Shown here: positions 13,729 to 27,532 of the stretch, in pieces | Layout of the letters: each line of letters opens with the position of its first letter | Position numbering within the stretch: position 1 is the first letter of the stretch | Origin: Octopus vulgaris | Taxonomy: Eukaryota | Assembly: GCA_951406725.2 (NCBI GenBank) | Contig: OX597838.1 | Location: forward strand, 31,682,001 to 31,746,000 | Direction: 5' to 3' | DNA: 64,000 bases | Made by a program: the position numbers and the translations under genes | Notes under the pieces: model-generated | Told to the model about the DNA's origin: nothing | Databases searched by the model: none | The model's input: the letters and a program-made list of their open reading frames with translations, nothing else

Positions 13729-13947
13729 CAGTGCTTTTCAAACTTTTTGCTGGAGTGGAACCCCAAGGAAACATTCCACTGTCTCGAGGAAGCCCTGTGC
13801 AATAATTTAATAGTCTTATGCACACATATCTGCACAGGAGACTTAAAAATTACTGCCGATTTTAGCAGTTTTGTAACTTCTTGCGGAACCCCTGGACTGT
13901 ACTGGCGGAACCTTACGGTTCCGCGGAACCCTGGTTGAAAACCATTG
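13729..13947. mobile_element. hAT-like MITE (family G)
   Basis: cagtgcttttcaa...ttgaaaaccattg TIRs; near-identical to 21782-22001. Confidence 0.8.
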
Positions 13948-14290
13948 TCCTAGAAACTAGCTTGAGGTCTAATACAATCATTATAATTCACTGAGTAAGC
14001 AGGGGCAACGCTCTAAAAGTGATGAAGGTTTTGCTGTGCTGCTGAATGTGGGTTCTTTTTACAGGAACTGTTCAGAGCATTGTGTTAAAAGGCTGTGGGG
14101 ACAAACATTAAGAGACTAGGTCAATGCTAGGTTATATTTTATAGGTGGAAGCATGGCTGTGTGGTAAGACGTGCTTCCCAACTACATTGTTCTAGGTTCA
14201 GTCCCCCTGCGTATCAAAGGTGTCTACTAGAGCCTTGGATTAACCAAAGGATTTGGAAGACAGAAACTGTGTGGAAGCCTATCACATATA

Positions 14291-14497
14291 TACTCTTTTA
14301 CTCTTTTACTTGTTTCAGTCATTTGACTGTGGCCATGCTGGAGTACCGCCTTTAGTCGAGCAAATTGACCCCGGGACTTATTCTTTGTAAGCCCAGTACT
14401 TATTCTATCGGTCTCATTTGCCGAACCGCTAAGTGACGGGGATGTAAACACAACAGCATCGGTTGTGAAGCAATGCTAGAGGGACACACAAACACAT

Positions 14498-14536
<39 letters not shown>

Positions 14537-14629
14537 CGACAGGCTTCTTTCAGTTTCCGTCTACCAAATCCACTCACAAGGCATTGGTCGGCCCGAAGCT
14601 ATGGCAGAAGACACTTGCCCAAGATGCCA
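14291..14629 (-). mobile_element. CORE-type SINE (family C), 5'-truncated, inverted against an older + copy at 14147-14290
   Basis: Colinear with 39047-39457 up to the CORE motif cttgggcaagtgtcttct. Confidence 0.85.
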
Positions 14630-15344
14630 TAGCGCAAAGCAGTTTTAGGTATGAGCAGAATTTAGGTTAGTTGAAATATGCTTGTCACATATTTCAACAG
14701 CTAAAAGGCAAATACATTGCAGTTACCATGGAGGAAAATCTCTCTTATGGTAAAAAGGTTTGAAAACACCCAGTTCGTTCAGTGTCGCCATCTCTCAGAA
14801 ATCTCAGACAGTGATGTTTCGAGTTTTTTGGCTCTTGCCAATGAGATGTACCTAAGAGAGGCAACTCTGAACGAACTAAATAAAGCCTGCAGCTTTATAT
14901 ATAACTCAGTCAGCACGTTGATTGATTTGCGCTAGTAGATCAAACCTAGTGGATCAAATTAATTAATGAAGCATTAGTGGGAGACAATAACAATACAAAG
15001 ACACATATATACATACACATTATCCACCTCTGCTTGACAACTAGTGTTTGTTTGTTTATGTCCCTGTAACTTTACAGTTTGGTCAAAATAATAAGCAAAA
15101 AAGCTGATAGAATAAGTGAATAAGTACCAGGTTTTATAACCAAAACTGTCCTGGGGTTGGTTTGTTCAACCAAACTTTTCAAGGTGGTGTCCTAGCATGG
15201 CTGCAGTCAGTAAAAGAAGATAGAAGATAAATAGAAAGCAGAAAGTTGTTTATGGATTGGGGAAAGTTCACTGAAACTTTCCCAACTTTGGTATCAACAT
15301 TTGGTGGAGAGTTCCATATTCTGAGAGAGAGAGAGAAAGAGAGA

Positions 15345-15620
15345 GTATTTCTTTATTCACCATAAGGTTGAGAAAAAGAGGGGACAAAACAAACGTTGGG
15401 GTCAGGGTATCGAATGAGACGAAACGTATGAATAAACAAACAATTAGAATATATACAATTAAATGAGAATGAGTGAATAACAAAAAATGAAGCGGAGGAC
15501 GCGGTTGACCCCACAAACCACATACTCACACTGAAGACTTTGCTTTCTCCTTTTTCACATTCTCGATTAAACAGGTTCTTTCACTCGCAACATACTTGCT
15601 ATAGACTTCCATCTTTTGAG
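15345..15620 (-). mobile_element. Probable non-LTR retrotransposon 3' end with a tail resembling family B SINEs
   Basis: Minus strand ends tttgtcccctctttttctcaaccttatggtgaataaagaaata before (CT)n, preceded by a possible ORF end (LKRWKSIASMLRV). Confidence 0.4.
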
Positions 15621-16485
15621 AGATGCATGCATGCCCTGCTTGATGGGTTTTGATACAGCTTCTGTCTATCAAATTTCAACCATAAGAACAATGTGATATT
15701 GGAAACACTTGCCTAAGGTACTGTGTCATGAGCCTGAACCCACAACCACATTATTGCAAAGCATACATCTAAATGAAACAGCTACACCTATTCTGATATG
15801 TCAGGAGAGTTTTGCAGATGTTGTAAGGATATTATGATTCTTAATGCCATTAAAACTCCAGATTGGACACAAAATATGTGTAAATACACACACATGCACA
15901 CACTCTCACATAGGCATAAACACATGTACATAGACACACATGCACACACATACAGAAACTGTTCTATTTTCTTTGTTCTTCTGTGAAATAAAAATCAATT
16001 TGAAAATGAGTTGTCGAATAGATATGGTTATATTAAAGTAATTAACTGATAATGAGGAAGTTTTCCGAAATATTAGGCTGGGAATAATCCCAGTTAATTA
16101 TCCACTTAGCTTCTGCTTCCCTTTTTCCCCTCCCAATTTCTTATCCATGAATTGAATACTCCCAAGGTAATGTGTGATATCTAGTTTGTTTGCCTCACCT
16201 CCCCCTCCTTCATCATCATTTTAATATTGTTTATAGCCTTGGCTTCTCCTCTCCCTTCTCTCTTTCTCTCTTTTGTTTATTATTGATGAAATGGTATCAA
16301 TTAACCATCGAGAAAACTGCTCCACTTCAAATATATATTTAATTAAAATGTGTGTATGCATGTATGTATGTATATATGTATTGTGTGTGTTGTGATTTCT
16401 GTGTATACACTGTGAAGTGCTCAATACATGTATGTAATAAAATGTATACATTGTGTATGTGCAGGTAATATTGAAGTCTCACATG

Positions 16486-16531
<46 letters not shown>

Positions 16532-18049
16532 CACACACACACACACACACACACTGTGTAGATGTCAGTAATCCTCACTGGATTTGAAGCAGTATATTTA
16601 CATCCACATACAGGGCAGCATATCCGCTGGTTATTGGGTGTCTATGAAGTTATGTCATTTTCATGCCATAATCAGGTAAGATAATATACAGGTGAAAGTT
16701 TATAGGAGTTAATTAGACAGATCACTTTGTTCATAGACTTTGTGGTGTAACTCCTAACATATTTGACTTGACACAACAGTTATGTGGCTTAATTTCTTTG
16801 AGAGATCTGTTCAATCTAATTTCTCAAGGCACACTTGTAAATTTTCTTATACATAATTACATATTACATTGCTGCATGGTAAGAAATTTGTTAGGCACAG
16901 ATGCTTCCCAACCACATGGTTCTAGGTTCAGTCCCACTGCATGGAATCTTGTTCAAGTGTCTTCTACTATAGCCTTGGACTGACCAAAACCTTGTGAGTA
17001 GATTTGGCAGATGGAAACTGAAAGAAACCCATCATATATATATGTGTGAGTTTGTCCCCCAACACCAGTTGACAACTGGTGTTGGTGTGTTTACATCCCC
17101 ATAATGTAGTGATTTTGTAAACAAGACCAACAGAATAAGTACCAGGCTTTAAAAAAAAAAAGCAAGTACTAGAAACTTGGCTGGAATGCTTATTTAATCA
17201 ACCCCGAAAGGATGAAAGGCAAAGTCGACCTCAGCGGAATTTGAACTCAGAACGTACCGGCAGACGAAATACCGCTAAGCATTTCGCCTGGCGTGCTAAT
17301 GTTTCTGCTAGCTCACCTGGTGCAGCCATCTGGCTCACCTGGTGCAGCCATCTGGCTCACCTGGTGCAGCCATCTGGCTCACCAATCCTCAGTCAAACCG
17401 TCCAACCCATGCCAGCATGGAAAGCGGATGTTAAACAATGACGATGATAATATATATATATACACACACACACATGCTTAAATATATACATAACTATATT
17501 CAATCTATCAGAAAATGTTATATACAATTGATATACTATATATATTTATACATGCATAAATATATTATGCATTTAAAGATGTACATACATAATTCCAGTC
17601 TTCCATAAATTGTTATACTATGGCATGTAATAACAAAACCTTAAGTGGAAGGCTTTTATGCCAAGATTGTAACTTTTATGAAATAAAATCATCAAAACTT
17701 TGTTTATTCAAATCCAGTTTAAAAATTGGGTTCCCTCTGTGGCTAAATAGTCTCATAACGTTTCGGGTAAGAATGAGCAAGTTTTGAGATATAAATCAGT
17801 AATCAAGTTAACAAATTTCTCAATGATGACAGCTGAAAATTTCTGGATATTGGTGATGTTGCATTGGTGCAGCAAAAACGAGCATTGAGGATGATAGAAG
17901 CATCTGGCCCAGGGTGGCAACATCTGACTTAAGAAAGGTTGTGCTGTTATACAGGAGTTTTGTTCCCTACAACAGTGGGTGACCCCAGGCAGCTCTGGTG
18001 TTGTAGTTGAAGGAGCCAAAACATCTAGAGAGCTGCTTTACAGCCTGTT

Positions 18050-18800
18050 GAAACATCAATCCTATACTTGGAGATGGGGTTTAGCAGCACCCTGAGTACA
18101 CAAGTGTTTACCCTAGATGTCTCTGCAAGAACTCAGGAACTGTCAAGGTAGGAAATGTTGCAGGCCATTCCCAAAATATTCCACAGCATCCTATCCACCG
18201 ATTTAAATTCATGTTGTAACCATGCACCAGTGATGCTGGCTCCCTTTTTTTACCAAGAAATGCATGAACCACTGTCAAGTAATGTAAGGAATCCAGATCA
18301 GAAGTCATCAGTAAACAGCTGGATATAATGATCAGCATTGCCAGTGCTGGAAAAAAATGAAAGATCCAGTTACATTGGAACAGTCCAAATAGACAATCCG
18401 AGACTAAGCACGTATCATCATTTTATGTTGGTTTTCATCAGAAGGGTTATCTACAGTATAAATCATTCAGCTGTGTTGATTGATGCCTCCCTCTACATGA
18501 AATTTTGCCTCATCTGGCTAAATAATGTGATCAATAAGATAAGGATTGTTTCAAAAGAATTTCACCATTTCCTTGCAGAAGCTCAATGTTGAAAATCATC
18601 TTTATTTCATGTTTATATGTGTCTATGTTACAGCAAGGTTTGGCTGATATCCAGTTTTAATGAGCCATGTTGCATAAAAGATGTTTACAACGTTGGCTGA
18701 CATTGTCTTCTGTCCTAACTGACACTGGCCAACCAGAACATGGCAATCATTAAACTGAGTCTGTACTCTCCTACTTGCTAACCACATCGATCTTTCTTCT
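18050..18800 (-). pseudogene. Degraded Tc1/mariner-superfamily transposase, rosa/DD41D-like
   Basis: Minus-strand remnants PDEAKFHVEGGINQHS..NP (cf. FSDEAxFHLxGxVNxQN) and RWIGCCGIFWEWPATFPTLTVPEF (cf. RWIGRGGxxxWPPRSPDLTPLDF). Boundaries approximate. Confidence 0.65.
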
Positions 18801-19964
18801 CGTTGGTCGATCACCTCTGAACTTCTTTCTCTATTATTGTTGAATTGAAATTGGTTATGGAAATAAGATATTTTGGCTTAACCAGTCTCACACATTTGGG
18901 AATACTGTCAATCAATTTACTAATATCTCTAAAATAAAAATGTGTATATATAAACTGCACTTACTTAGTATTAAAGCAACTCTGATGGGGACTATTACAA
19001 CTCAATAGTTATTTTACAGTGTTATCATAGAACTACTCATGATAGATTCCATGTCTATGCAGTCTTCTCTTACTAGTTCTGCTCATTGGACTCCGACTAT
19101 GCTGTAGTACTTACCTTGAAGAATTTAATCAATCAAATTGACCTCATAAGTCTGCTACTTATTCTGATAATTTTCATTCCACTGAATTGCTGCTAACTTA
19201 TGGGGATGTAAACAAACCTACACAGTTGTACAGCATCAAGGAATAAACACACATGCACACATACACAAGTTTGTCTTTCATCCTTTCAGGGTCGATAAAT
19301 AAAGTACCAGTTTCGTACTGGGTCGGTGTAATCGACTTAATCCCTTTGTCTGTCCTTGTTTGTTCCCTCTGTGTTTAGCCCCTTGTGGGTAGTAAAGAAA
19401 TAGCTTGTGATAACTTCTGTCTATGAAATTCATTCATAAGGCATCGGTCAATCCAGGAATAAGTTAGAAGCCAATTGTCCAAGATGCCACGGAGTGGGAT
19501 ACATCCGTGGTTTCAAAGTAAACTTAACTACACAGTTGTACCTTAACCTGTGTGTGTGTATGTGTGTGTGTGTGTGTAGAATCAGCCGATGATTCACTCC
19601 TAATTATGACTGTGTGTATGTCTGGTGTCCTTGCTTGACTTGTGTAGTGTTTGCCTGTATTTAAATAAAATGTTAACTTGATGATAATGGCCAGAGTTAA
19701 ATCAGTAAATTATTCCTAACAAATATAACTCTACAGCATTTATTGAATATTTTCTTCTTTCTAGACAAAGAGTGTGTTTGTGTTTTTATTGAGTGTGACT
19801 TCTGTATTTTTTCATGCATCTGGCATATTCAAACTGAATAAACCAGCAAAATTATAAAGTCACTGTCTATTAAATTATTTTAAGTATTACACTCTATATT
19901 TGTATTGAGTCCTTTATTCAGTTAATGTTTGTTGATACTATGTTTATAAAACATTTATTTTAAC

Positions 19965-20001
<37 letters not shown>

Positions 20002-20795
20002 ATAAAATCTTCAAAGAATATTCTGTGCATTTTGTGTGTGGTCTTTTTGATTGCTAATTTGTGCAAAATTAAGAGTTATTTAATATATTTTTCCCTTAAG
20101 AAACCCAATTCAGATTTTTAAACATCAAAAGCCAATAAATTTTTTTTTCAAAAATCTCATTTTATTTGATATAACTTTTTAACAGTATTATATTAATTTA
20201 AACAGTTTTCAATTTCCATTAATTTGTGCATGGTGTTTTTTACAAACATTATTTTAAATGGTTTCTAATGATTTTTGTCGTCATTTTTTACTGGTTCTAT
20301 CAAGCAAAACTAAAAGTATTACTTACAGAATTGAATACTTAGAACTACAGTAGCAAAGCATGATTTCTCCTACGGAGTAACCATGATCCTGATATCAAAT
20401 AGGATTTTAAAAACATTAGTTGTTAATTAGGAATTAAATATTGGTTTCTTGTCATCCTCTCTCAATAGAAAATTTTATGATTTGAGGCACAATTGATTAC
20501 ATTAGCCCTGCTATAAAACTGGTACTTAGTACTGAACCAGTAAGAAAGTCCCTGTGTTGTTGCACGACCTGCTAGAAATAGTAGCTAATTTTATCGTTAA
20601 TCACACAGCTTTCGTACTTAAAAAAAAAAGGTAGAATGCATTAGATCCTTCCTTTTGTAAGTGGGAAGGAATAAAAGACAGTGACAATTAGAACATCTTT
20701 AATCGAAGGAATGTCTTTGATCATTGGTCTGGTGCATTAGAATTGACTTTGGTATAATAAAGCAACAAATGGATCTCTCTCTCTCTCTCTCTCTC

Positions 20796-21144
<349 letters not shown>

Positions 21145-21781
21145 GACTTAGAAGTTCTCTTTGCAGCTACATAGTTTGTGTTGAATCTCACTGCCTGAAT
21201 CCTTGGACAAGTGTTTTTATCATAGCCTTGGTTGTCTTAAACCTTGTTAGTAACACCATTTGGTAAATGGAGTCTGTACTGTAGTCTCTTTCTCTCGTGT
21301 GTGTTTCTGACAGATGTAAATATCCACAAGAAAAAAAAACAAATTGTGCCTGTGTGTTTCATGAATGACGTCCCTTAAGTTATGTTAAAGACTACATTGT
21401 TACTGTCACCAACAGGAATGCATTGGAGCAGTGATTGACATGTAGGTAATTTGTAAGCAAAGATACCATTGTTGACCGCCAACTGAGGTATAAAATAAAT
21501 AATGACCATTCTGGATTTTGAATTCTGAAACAAAAACCAGTTGAAAAATTGATTAGATGTTACACAGTAGTTAGCGTCTCCAGCATCATTGATTAAATAA
21601 CTACACCATCATCACCACCATCATTTAACGTACATTTTCCATGCTGGCATGGGTTGGACTGTTTGACAGGGGCTGGCAATCTGGAGAGTGACACCAGCTT
21701 CCATCTGTCTGTTTTGGCCAGGTTTCTATGGCTGGACGCCTTTCCTAACACCATCCACTTTACAGAGTGTACTCCTTATGT

Positions 21782-22001
21782 CAGTGCTTTTCAAACTTTT
21801 TGCTGAAGCGGAACCCCAAGGAAACGTTCCACTGGCTCGAGGAACCCCTGTGCAATAATTTAATTGTCTTATGCACACATATCTGCACAGGAGAATTAAA
21901 AATTACTGTCGATTTTAGCATTTTTGTAACTTCTTGCGGAACCCCCTGGACTGTACTGGCGGAACCCTAAGGTTCTGCGGAACCCTGGTTGAAAACCACT
22001 G
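21782..22001. mobile_element. hAT MITE (family G) with perfect 8-bp TSD, nested in an RTE 3' end
   Basis: ccttatgt|cagtgcttttcaa...ttgaaaaccactg|ccttatgt. Confidence 0.9.
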
Positions 22002-23550
22002 CCTTATGTGGCACCTGCACAGATGCTTTGTATGTGGTACCAGCACAGGTGCTGGAAATTTTCTTAAGGGATTTGATCTCAGAAACACAAATAATTGAGG
22101 TAGATTATACCACAAAGCATTTAGTCAGCCTCTCTATTTTCTTGATCTGATTCTGTCTCCTCCTTTTCCCCTCCCCACTTGTTTTGGTGTTTCAGTAATG
22201 GAAGTAGATTTACAAGAAGATTGCTAATGGTGTAGAATATTAATAACTAGAATTGCAATACATTCACACCAAATAAAGCAGTAATTGTTGCAGATAACAC
22301 ACTGTTGAGGATTGCTAATTCTTCGGCATTCATTTCTGTAATTGTGCAACTGCTGCAAGCTTTATGGAGTTGAAAACAACAGCTTAGAGCTGCAATTAAT
22401 ATCGCAATATTAATTTTGATGTCTCTTTATTGTCATGGAGATGTGAGAGATTTTTAAGGTCTCTCTATTAAAGTTAGCCTGTGTAAGACGAGTTGTGGTG
22501 GCTAAGAAAGAATAACCCAGAAAGAATAAAGAGGGACATCTCTGTGATGTCATCGTTATCAATGTCGTCGTGAGAGGATTAATTAATCAGTGATTTCAAA
22601 AAAACATTTCGAGGGAACTGACATGTAACACTATTCTTCAAATAAGAATTATTTCTTCTTCTATTTGATTCTGTGGAAATGTTTCAGGCTATGTAGCGTT
22701 GGTAATGGGATGCGAGACAAAGAGTGACTTGATGTTTAAATTAAGATGATTGATTTCGCTTTTAAATCTCTATTGATCAAATAAATTCAATCACAGTAAT
22801 GATGATCAAGTCTTTTAATAAGTCATTTTCCCATATGAATTAATTAATATATTTAATATTTAATTTTTGTATTAGAGTTGAATTTAAATGAATTTCACTG
22901 GTTATTATCTAGTTCCAAATCAACTCTGATTCAACAGAGCTATGATAGTGGCATTCTGACCATGACCATCCTGTCATTGTATATAATTAGTACTACATTG
23001 TCCAATATGGTTCCTCTAAGAGAGTAGGGTGTAATTTAAGAACTTTGCTGTTATTTCAAGCAGATCAAGTAATCATGTAGGTGCTCCTTTGTGGTCTTGT
23101 GAATTTAATTGAATAAATTTGATGAAAGAGTAATAAGCCATATATGGTACTAATTGCCTCGTGATTATTATGTAATTCCTTAATATTTGAAACTGCTCAG
23201 AAGTGGCTGGTTTGCGATGTTAAGGAAAAGTGAAAGTAAAACTAGAACACACAGGAATCCAATTTGGAGGTGGACTGCTTCAACATAAAAATGAGAAAAA
23301 ATTTATTGAGACTCGTAAAATTTTATTACTTGTTAGGCCTTGAGAAGGGGTGAATTCTGATAATTCTAAAGAAATAAAAAGAGTATTAGATGTAAGACAG
23401 GTGTTTCTACATAGCCTTCCAACAGACTTCTCAAAAATCTCCAAAGAGGCTGCCCTGATCAAAGCGCTGAAACTTACCTCTCCTCACAGCATAGAGAGTT
23501 GCATTGTTTTGTGAATTTCATTCAGTATAAAGTTGCTTGTGTTTGTTTGA

Positions 23551-24180
23551 CCTTTTAGCATTCTGATTATTCTGTCAAATGTTCTGCTTATTTTTTTACA
23601 TTGTTTTGAATTAATCAGGCATTATCTCATAACTTAAATATTTCAATGATGTGATTGTCTATTTATGGGATAACATTGTAGGGTAGGTGTGAGAGGCCAG
23701 ATCTGGCCAATTTGAACACAAAACAGGTAGAATATTTTGCTTGGGTATGGCCAGTTTAACCCTTTTGATACCAACCCGCCTGAAACCGCCTCTGGCTCTG
23801 TAGTACAAATGCCTTGTTTTTAAAAGTTCTGAATTAAAATCTTTCAACAAACCTTAGTCACAATTTGTATTCTTAACACTAGCTTAACCCTTCAGTGTTT
23901 AAACCGGCCATATCTGGCCCAGATATTCTACATGTTTTATATTCAAACTGGCCATATCTAGCCTCTCACACCTAATGTACATTGACACTCTAAAAATAAA
24001 CAATCACATCATTGAAACCTCAAAGCTGTAAGATAATGCATGATTAATTCAAAACAATTTGTATTCTTAACACTAGCTGAATGATAACTAAGTTATTTTA
24101 CTGAATTCTTTGTTATATTTAAAATTAATTGAAGGAAACGCAGCAGAAATATAGTAACAAAAGGCTTAAATGCTAAAGGG
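23551..24180. mobile_element. Triple-nested piggyBac-like MITEs (D containing E containing D)
   Basis: Outer D is split at TTAA (23756-59 / 24166-69) by family E (23760-24165). E is split at TTAA 23884-87 by a second D (23888-24058). Confidence 0.8.
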
Positions 24181-24293
24181 TTAAACTGGTTATGTATAGT
24201 CTTGTTGATTTGTGACCGTTGATAGAAGAATCCCAATCAACATTGGCACCTACCAAAGCTATGTTTTGCTTATTCTTCTTAGCTTCATATATA

Positions 24294-24521
24294 TATTTCT
24301 TTACTACCCACAAGGGGCTAAACACAGAGGGGACAAACAAAGGACAGACAAAGGGAATTAAGTCGATTATATCGACCCCAGTGCGTAACTGGTACTTAAT
24401 TTATCGACCCCGAAAGGATGAAAGGCAAAGTCGACCTTGGCAGAATTTGAACTTGGAACGTAACGACAGACGAAAATACGGCTACGCATTTCACCCGGCG
24501 TGCTAACGTTTCTGCCAGCTC
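24294..24521 (-). mobile_element. Family B (Nin/Deu-like) SINE
   Basis: Colinear with 10792-11024. Confidence 0.85.
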
Positions 24522-25604
24522 TTATTTTCATATAAACACATCCAGATATTTTTGTCAGCAAGATAGCAAACAGAAGAGAGAGTGCCTATGATTTTTGCAG
24601 GGTTTTTTTTTTTTTTAGATTAATGAGATTAATGTGTTGAATGTTTAGTCTGAATGTTTATATGTGAATGTTTGCAACAAATACACACACATACGCACGC
24701 ATATGTCTGTAATACTGCCTTACTGTGACTACTGGATGGTTGGTATGGTTCCTCTTCAGATTCATATACATCCTGTTACATGATTTGCTGTCTAGCGCCA
24801 TTGTCATTTTAATGCTCACATTTTCGATATTTGTCTGGGTCATATGAAATTCACTGAGGCAGATTTTCTACAGCTGGATGCTCGTCCCGTTGCTAACCTT
24901 CACCTGAAATATTTTCCTCCAGTCTTTTTAACATGAACACCACAACATTTTGACATATTTCCACTGGAGATTGCAAACAAATCCTGCTATTTGCATGACA
25001 TGTGTATACAATTAGGGCATGATGTTGAAGCAAGGATGGACAGATGGCTGGAAGAGATACACATGCACACATTACACACCCTTATAATAGATTTCTTGAT
25101 CAGCCTGGGAATGTAGTAAAAGACTTTCCCAAAGTGTTGCACAGTGAGGCTGAACCCCAAACCAGGTGGTTGGCAAACAAAATTCTTAACCATTTAGCCA
25201 TATCTGCACCTATAACAATACTCTGCATTGAGTTATTAATATTGATGTTCTTAGATATTTGCATACGTAGTTCTAATAAATTCTGACAAAATATTTCTTG
25301 GTGCACCAGACATGGAGAGTGTAGCCCCAATATCATCATTTTATTGCAGAATTAAATATGTTTTGATATGTGAGTGTGTTTTAAAGATTAATATGCTTTT
25401 ACATACTGAACCATTTGATAATTTGTGCTGTGTGGCATCCCAAAGCAATTTTATCTTCAAAGACTATATGTGAGTGTTTATTACTGAAGATTGCAAGGTG
25501 AGAGAAAATTGGAGGTGGGGGGAGGGAGTGGGGGGCTTGTGGTCTGTAAGTTTAATTCTAGTTGTAAATAAATTATTAAATACATGTGTGGTGCATGCGT
25601 GTGT

Positions 25605-25785
25605 GTGTGTATTTGTTTATTTCCCTGTAACTTAGTGGTTGGGCAGAAGGAACTGATAGAATAAGTATCAGACTTTTAAAAAAAATGAGTACTGGGGTTG
25701 ATTTGTTCAACCGAACCCTTCAAGATGGGGGCCCCTTCATCTTCGCAATCTCATGACTGAAACAAGTAAAAGATGAAAAGATAAA
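25605..25785 (+). mobile_element. Degenerate 3' part of a family C SINE about 100 bp upstream of the BLTP2 exon
   Basis: ccctgtaacttagtggtt...gatagaataagta...tgactgaaacaagtaaaagat tail. Confidence 0.7.
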
Positions 25786-25880
25786 TAAATTCAAAATTCT
25801 GAAAGGGATTATGAAACAGACTTATATACAATTGTTAGTTATTTTTTTTTGTTTCTAAAAATTCCGTTTGTCTCTTGCAG

Positions 25881-26007
25881 GTTGTTGGTATGGTTGATGC
25901 AATGGAAACTCCGCAAACATTTTCAGGCGGAAGTGAAAGTTGGCTGGACAAGTATTTTCAATTTCGGCAAAGTCTATCTTAAACTACCAAAGCAAGGACT
26001 CCGCGTG
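25881..26007 (+). CDS. BLTP2: Internal coding exon (127 nt, phase 2 to phase 0) of bridge-like lipid transfer protein 2 (KIAA0100/hobbit), probably coding exon 2
   Basis: Acceptor tttgtctcttgcag and donor GTG|gtaggt. Encodes xLLVWLMQWKLRKHFQAEVKVGWTSIFNFGKVYLKLPKQGLRV, which aligns without gaps to human KIAA0100 [43 protein letters not shown] (recalled from memory, needs BLAST confirmation). Confidence 0.85.
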
Positions 26008-27134
26008 GTAGGTTATTTCTCTTTTCTCTGTTCAAATTTCTTTTTGTTTGGCTTTTCTTTTTACTTGTCCCCCCCCTTTTTTTTTTAGACCTAGGCCGTG
26101 AAGCATCATTACCTTCATATAATAAGATCAATGATTATCACTTCCCCCAAACCCTTACACCTTTAATGACCAAGAATATTTTATTCGTTTCAGAATAATG
26201 AAAGGCAAAGTGAAACAAGCAGGATTTAAATTGAAAAATGTAAAAAGATACTACCAAGTACTGCCACTCCCTCTGTATATTTTCTCAGCCTCCTGTGTTT
26301 GTGTGTGTGTATATAAACAAAATCAAACTTATACACAAGGTATGTGTGTTGTTAGTTTGTGGGTTGGCTGCAGTTTTTAGGTGTAAGAGATATTCTCTAT
26401 GCACCAGGGTGGAGTGAAAAAGGTACTTTTTACACAGATTTTTAAAATATGTTTTCAAGAATATATCTTTTATTGCGAAATCCTTTAAAAACAACTGTGC
26501 TAAAATCTGAAGTTCTTAAATTTACATCTTCAGGCCCCATAGCCCACTCAAAATGTTGAATAATGAGTGGAAAATTAATTTATAACACATTTGCCGTTCC
26601 TCATTTTATTTTGTACATTCATTGTTACGAATTGATTTTCTTTTGTGAAATCCTTTAAAAACGCGAAAGTGTTAAAATCTCAAGCTCTAAAATTTCTATC
26701 TTGAGGCTCTGCAATACACTTGAAATTTCGAAATTATGTGAAATAAATAGACTTTTTGACTTTGTTTTCTTTATCATTTTTAATACTAGGTCATCGAATA
26801 TATGTGTTACATGAGGTCTAGATTACACATGCATTAAAATAAATTAAACAAATTGTCAAGATCATAGCAGAAAAGATAATTCTTCTCAGGCAAAAGGCTA
26901 GTTACACCGAAAATCTTAAACTTTCCTTTGCTGACATAGAAGAGCGACTGTTATCTGGCCGATTCCTTCTAATCAACCTCTAAGCATTCTGTTTAGATAC
27001 TGCTTGATCTATTCCACCAATGATCATTTTTCGATTTGTATGTTGATCCTGTGAAAAATCTTGTTCTCTCTGTGGTACCTTTTTGTCTCTACTACAACTG
27101 CAGTTTTTAAAGGAGTTGCACTTGAAACAGGAAA

Positions 27135-27532
27135 TCTTTATATATATAAGTGAGGTTGTGTGCTGTCTGTCTCCTACGATTTAGATTCCTAACTACTCCC
27201 ACATTTTGCGGTGCAGTTTAACCAAAACTGGGTATCTTATAGTCGTGATTCATATCGAGCCCTTCTGGGTATTAGCGTGCGTCTATGATGAGTCTACGAT
27301 TTAAAAAAAAATTTACCATCAATTTTTCCCATTTCTAATGCATTTTTGGCATATATAAGGGAAGTAACTCTCTAAAAATTTATTATTAAATCTCAGAACA
27401 TAAAAAGCTACAGTAACACCCCCTCCCTTTGTGGTTAGCCATATTGAGATGGCTATTATACTTTACATCTCTAAAAATGCTTATATAGTTATTTCCCTTA
27501 CAAACCCGAGCAACGCCGGGCGATACTGCTAG
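27135..27532 (+). mobile_element. Non-autonomous Helitron
   Basis: A|TC start, subterminal hairpin CCCGAGCAACGCCGGG, CTAG|T end, no TSD; two more copies in the window. Confidence 0.9.
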
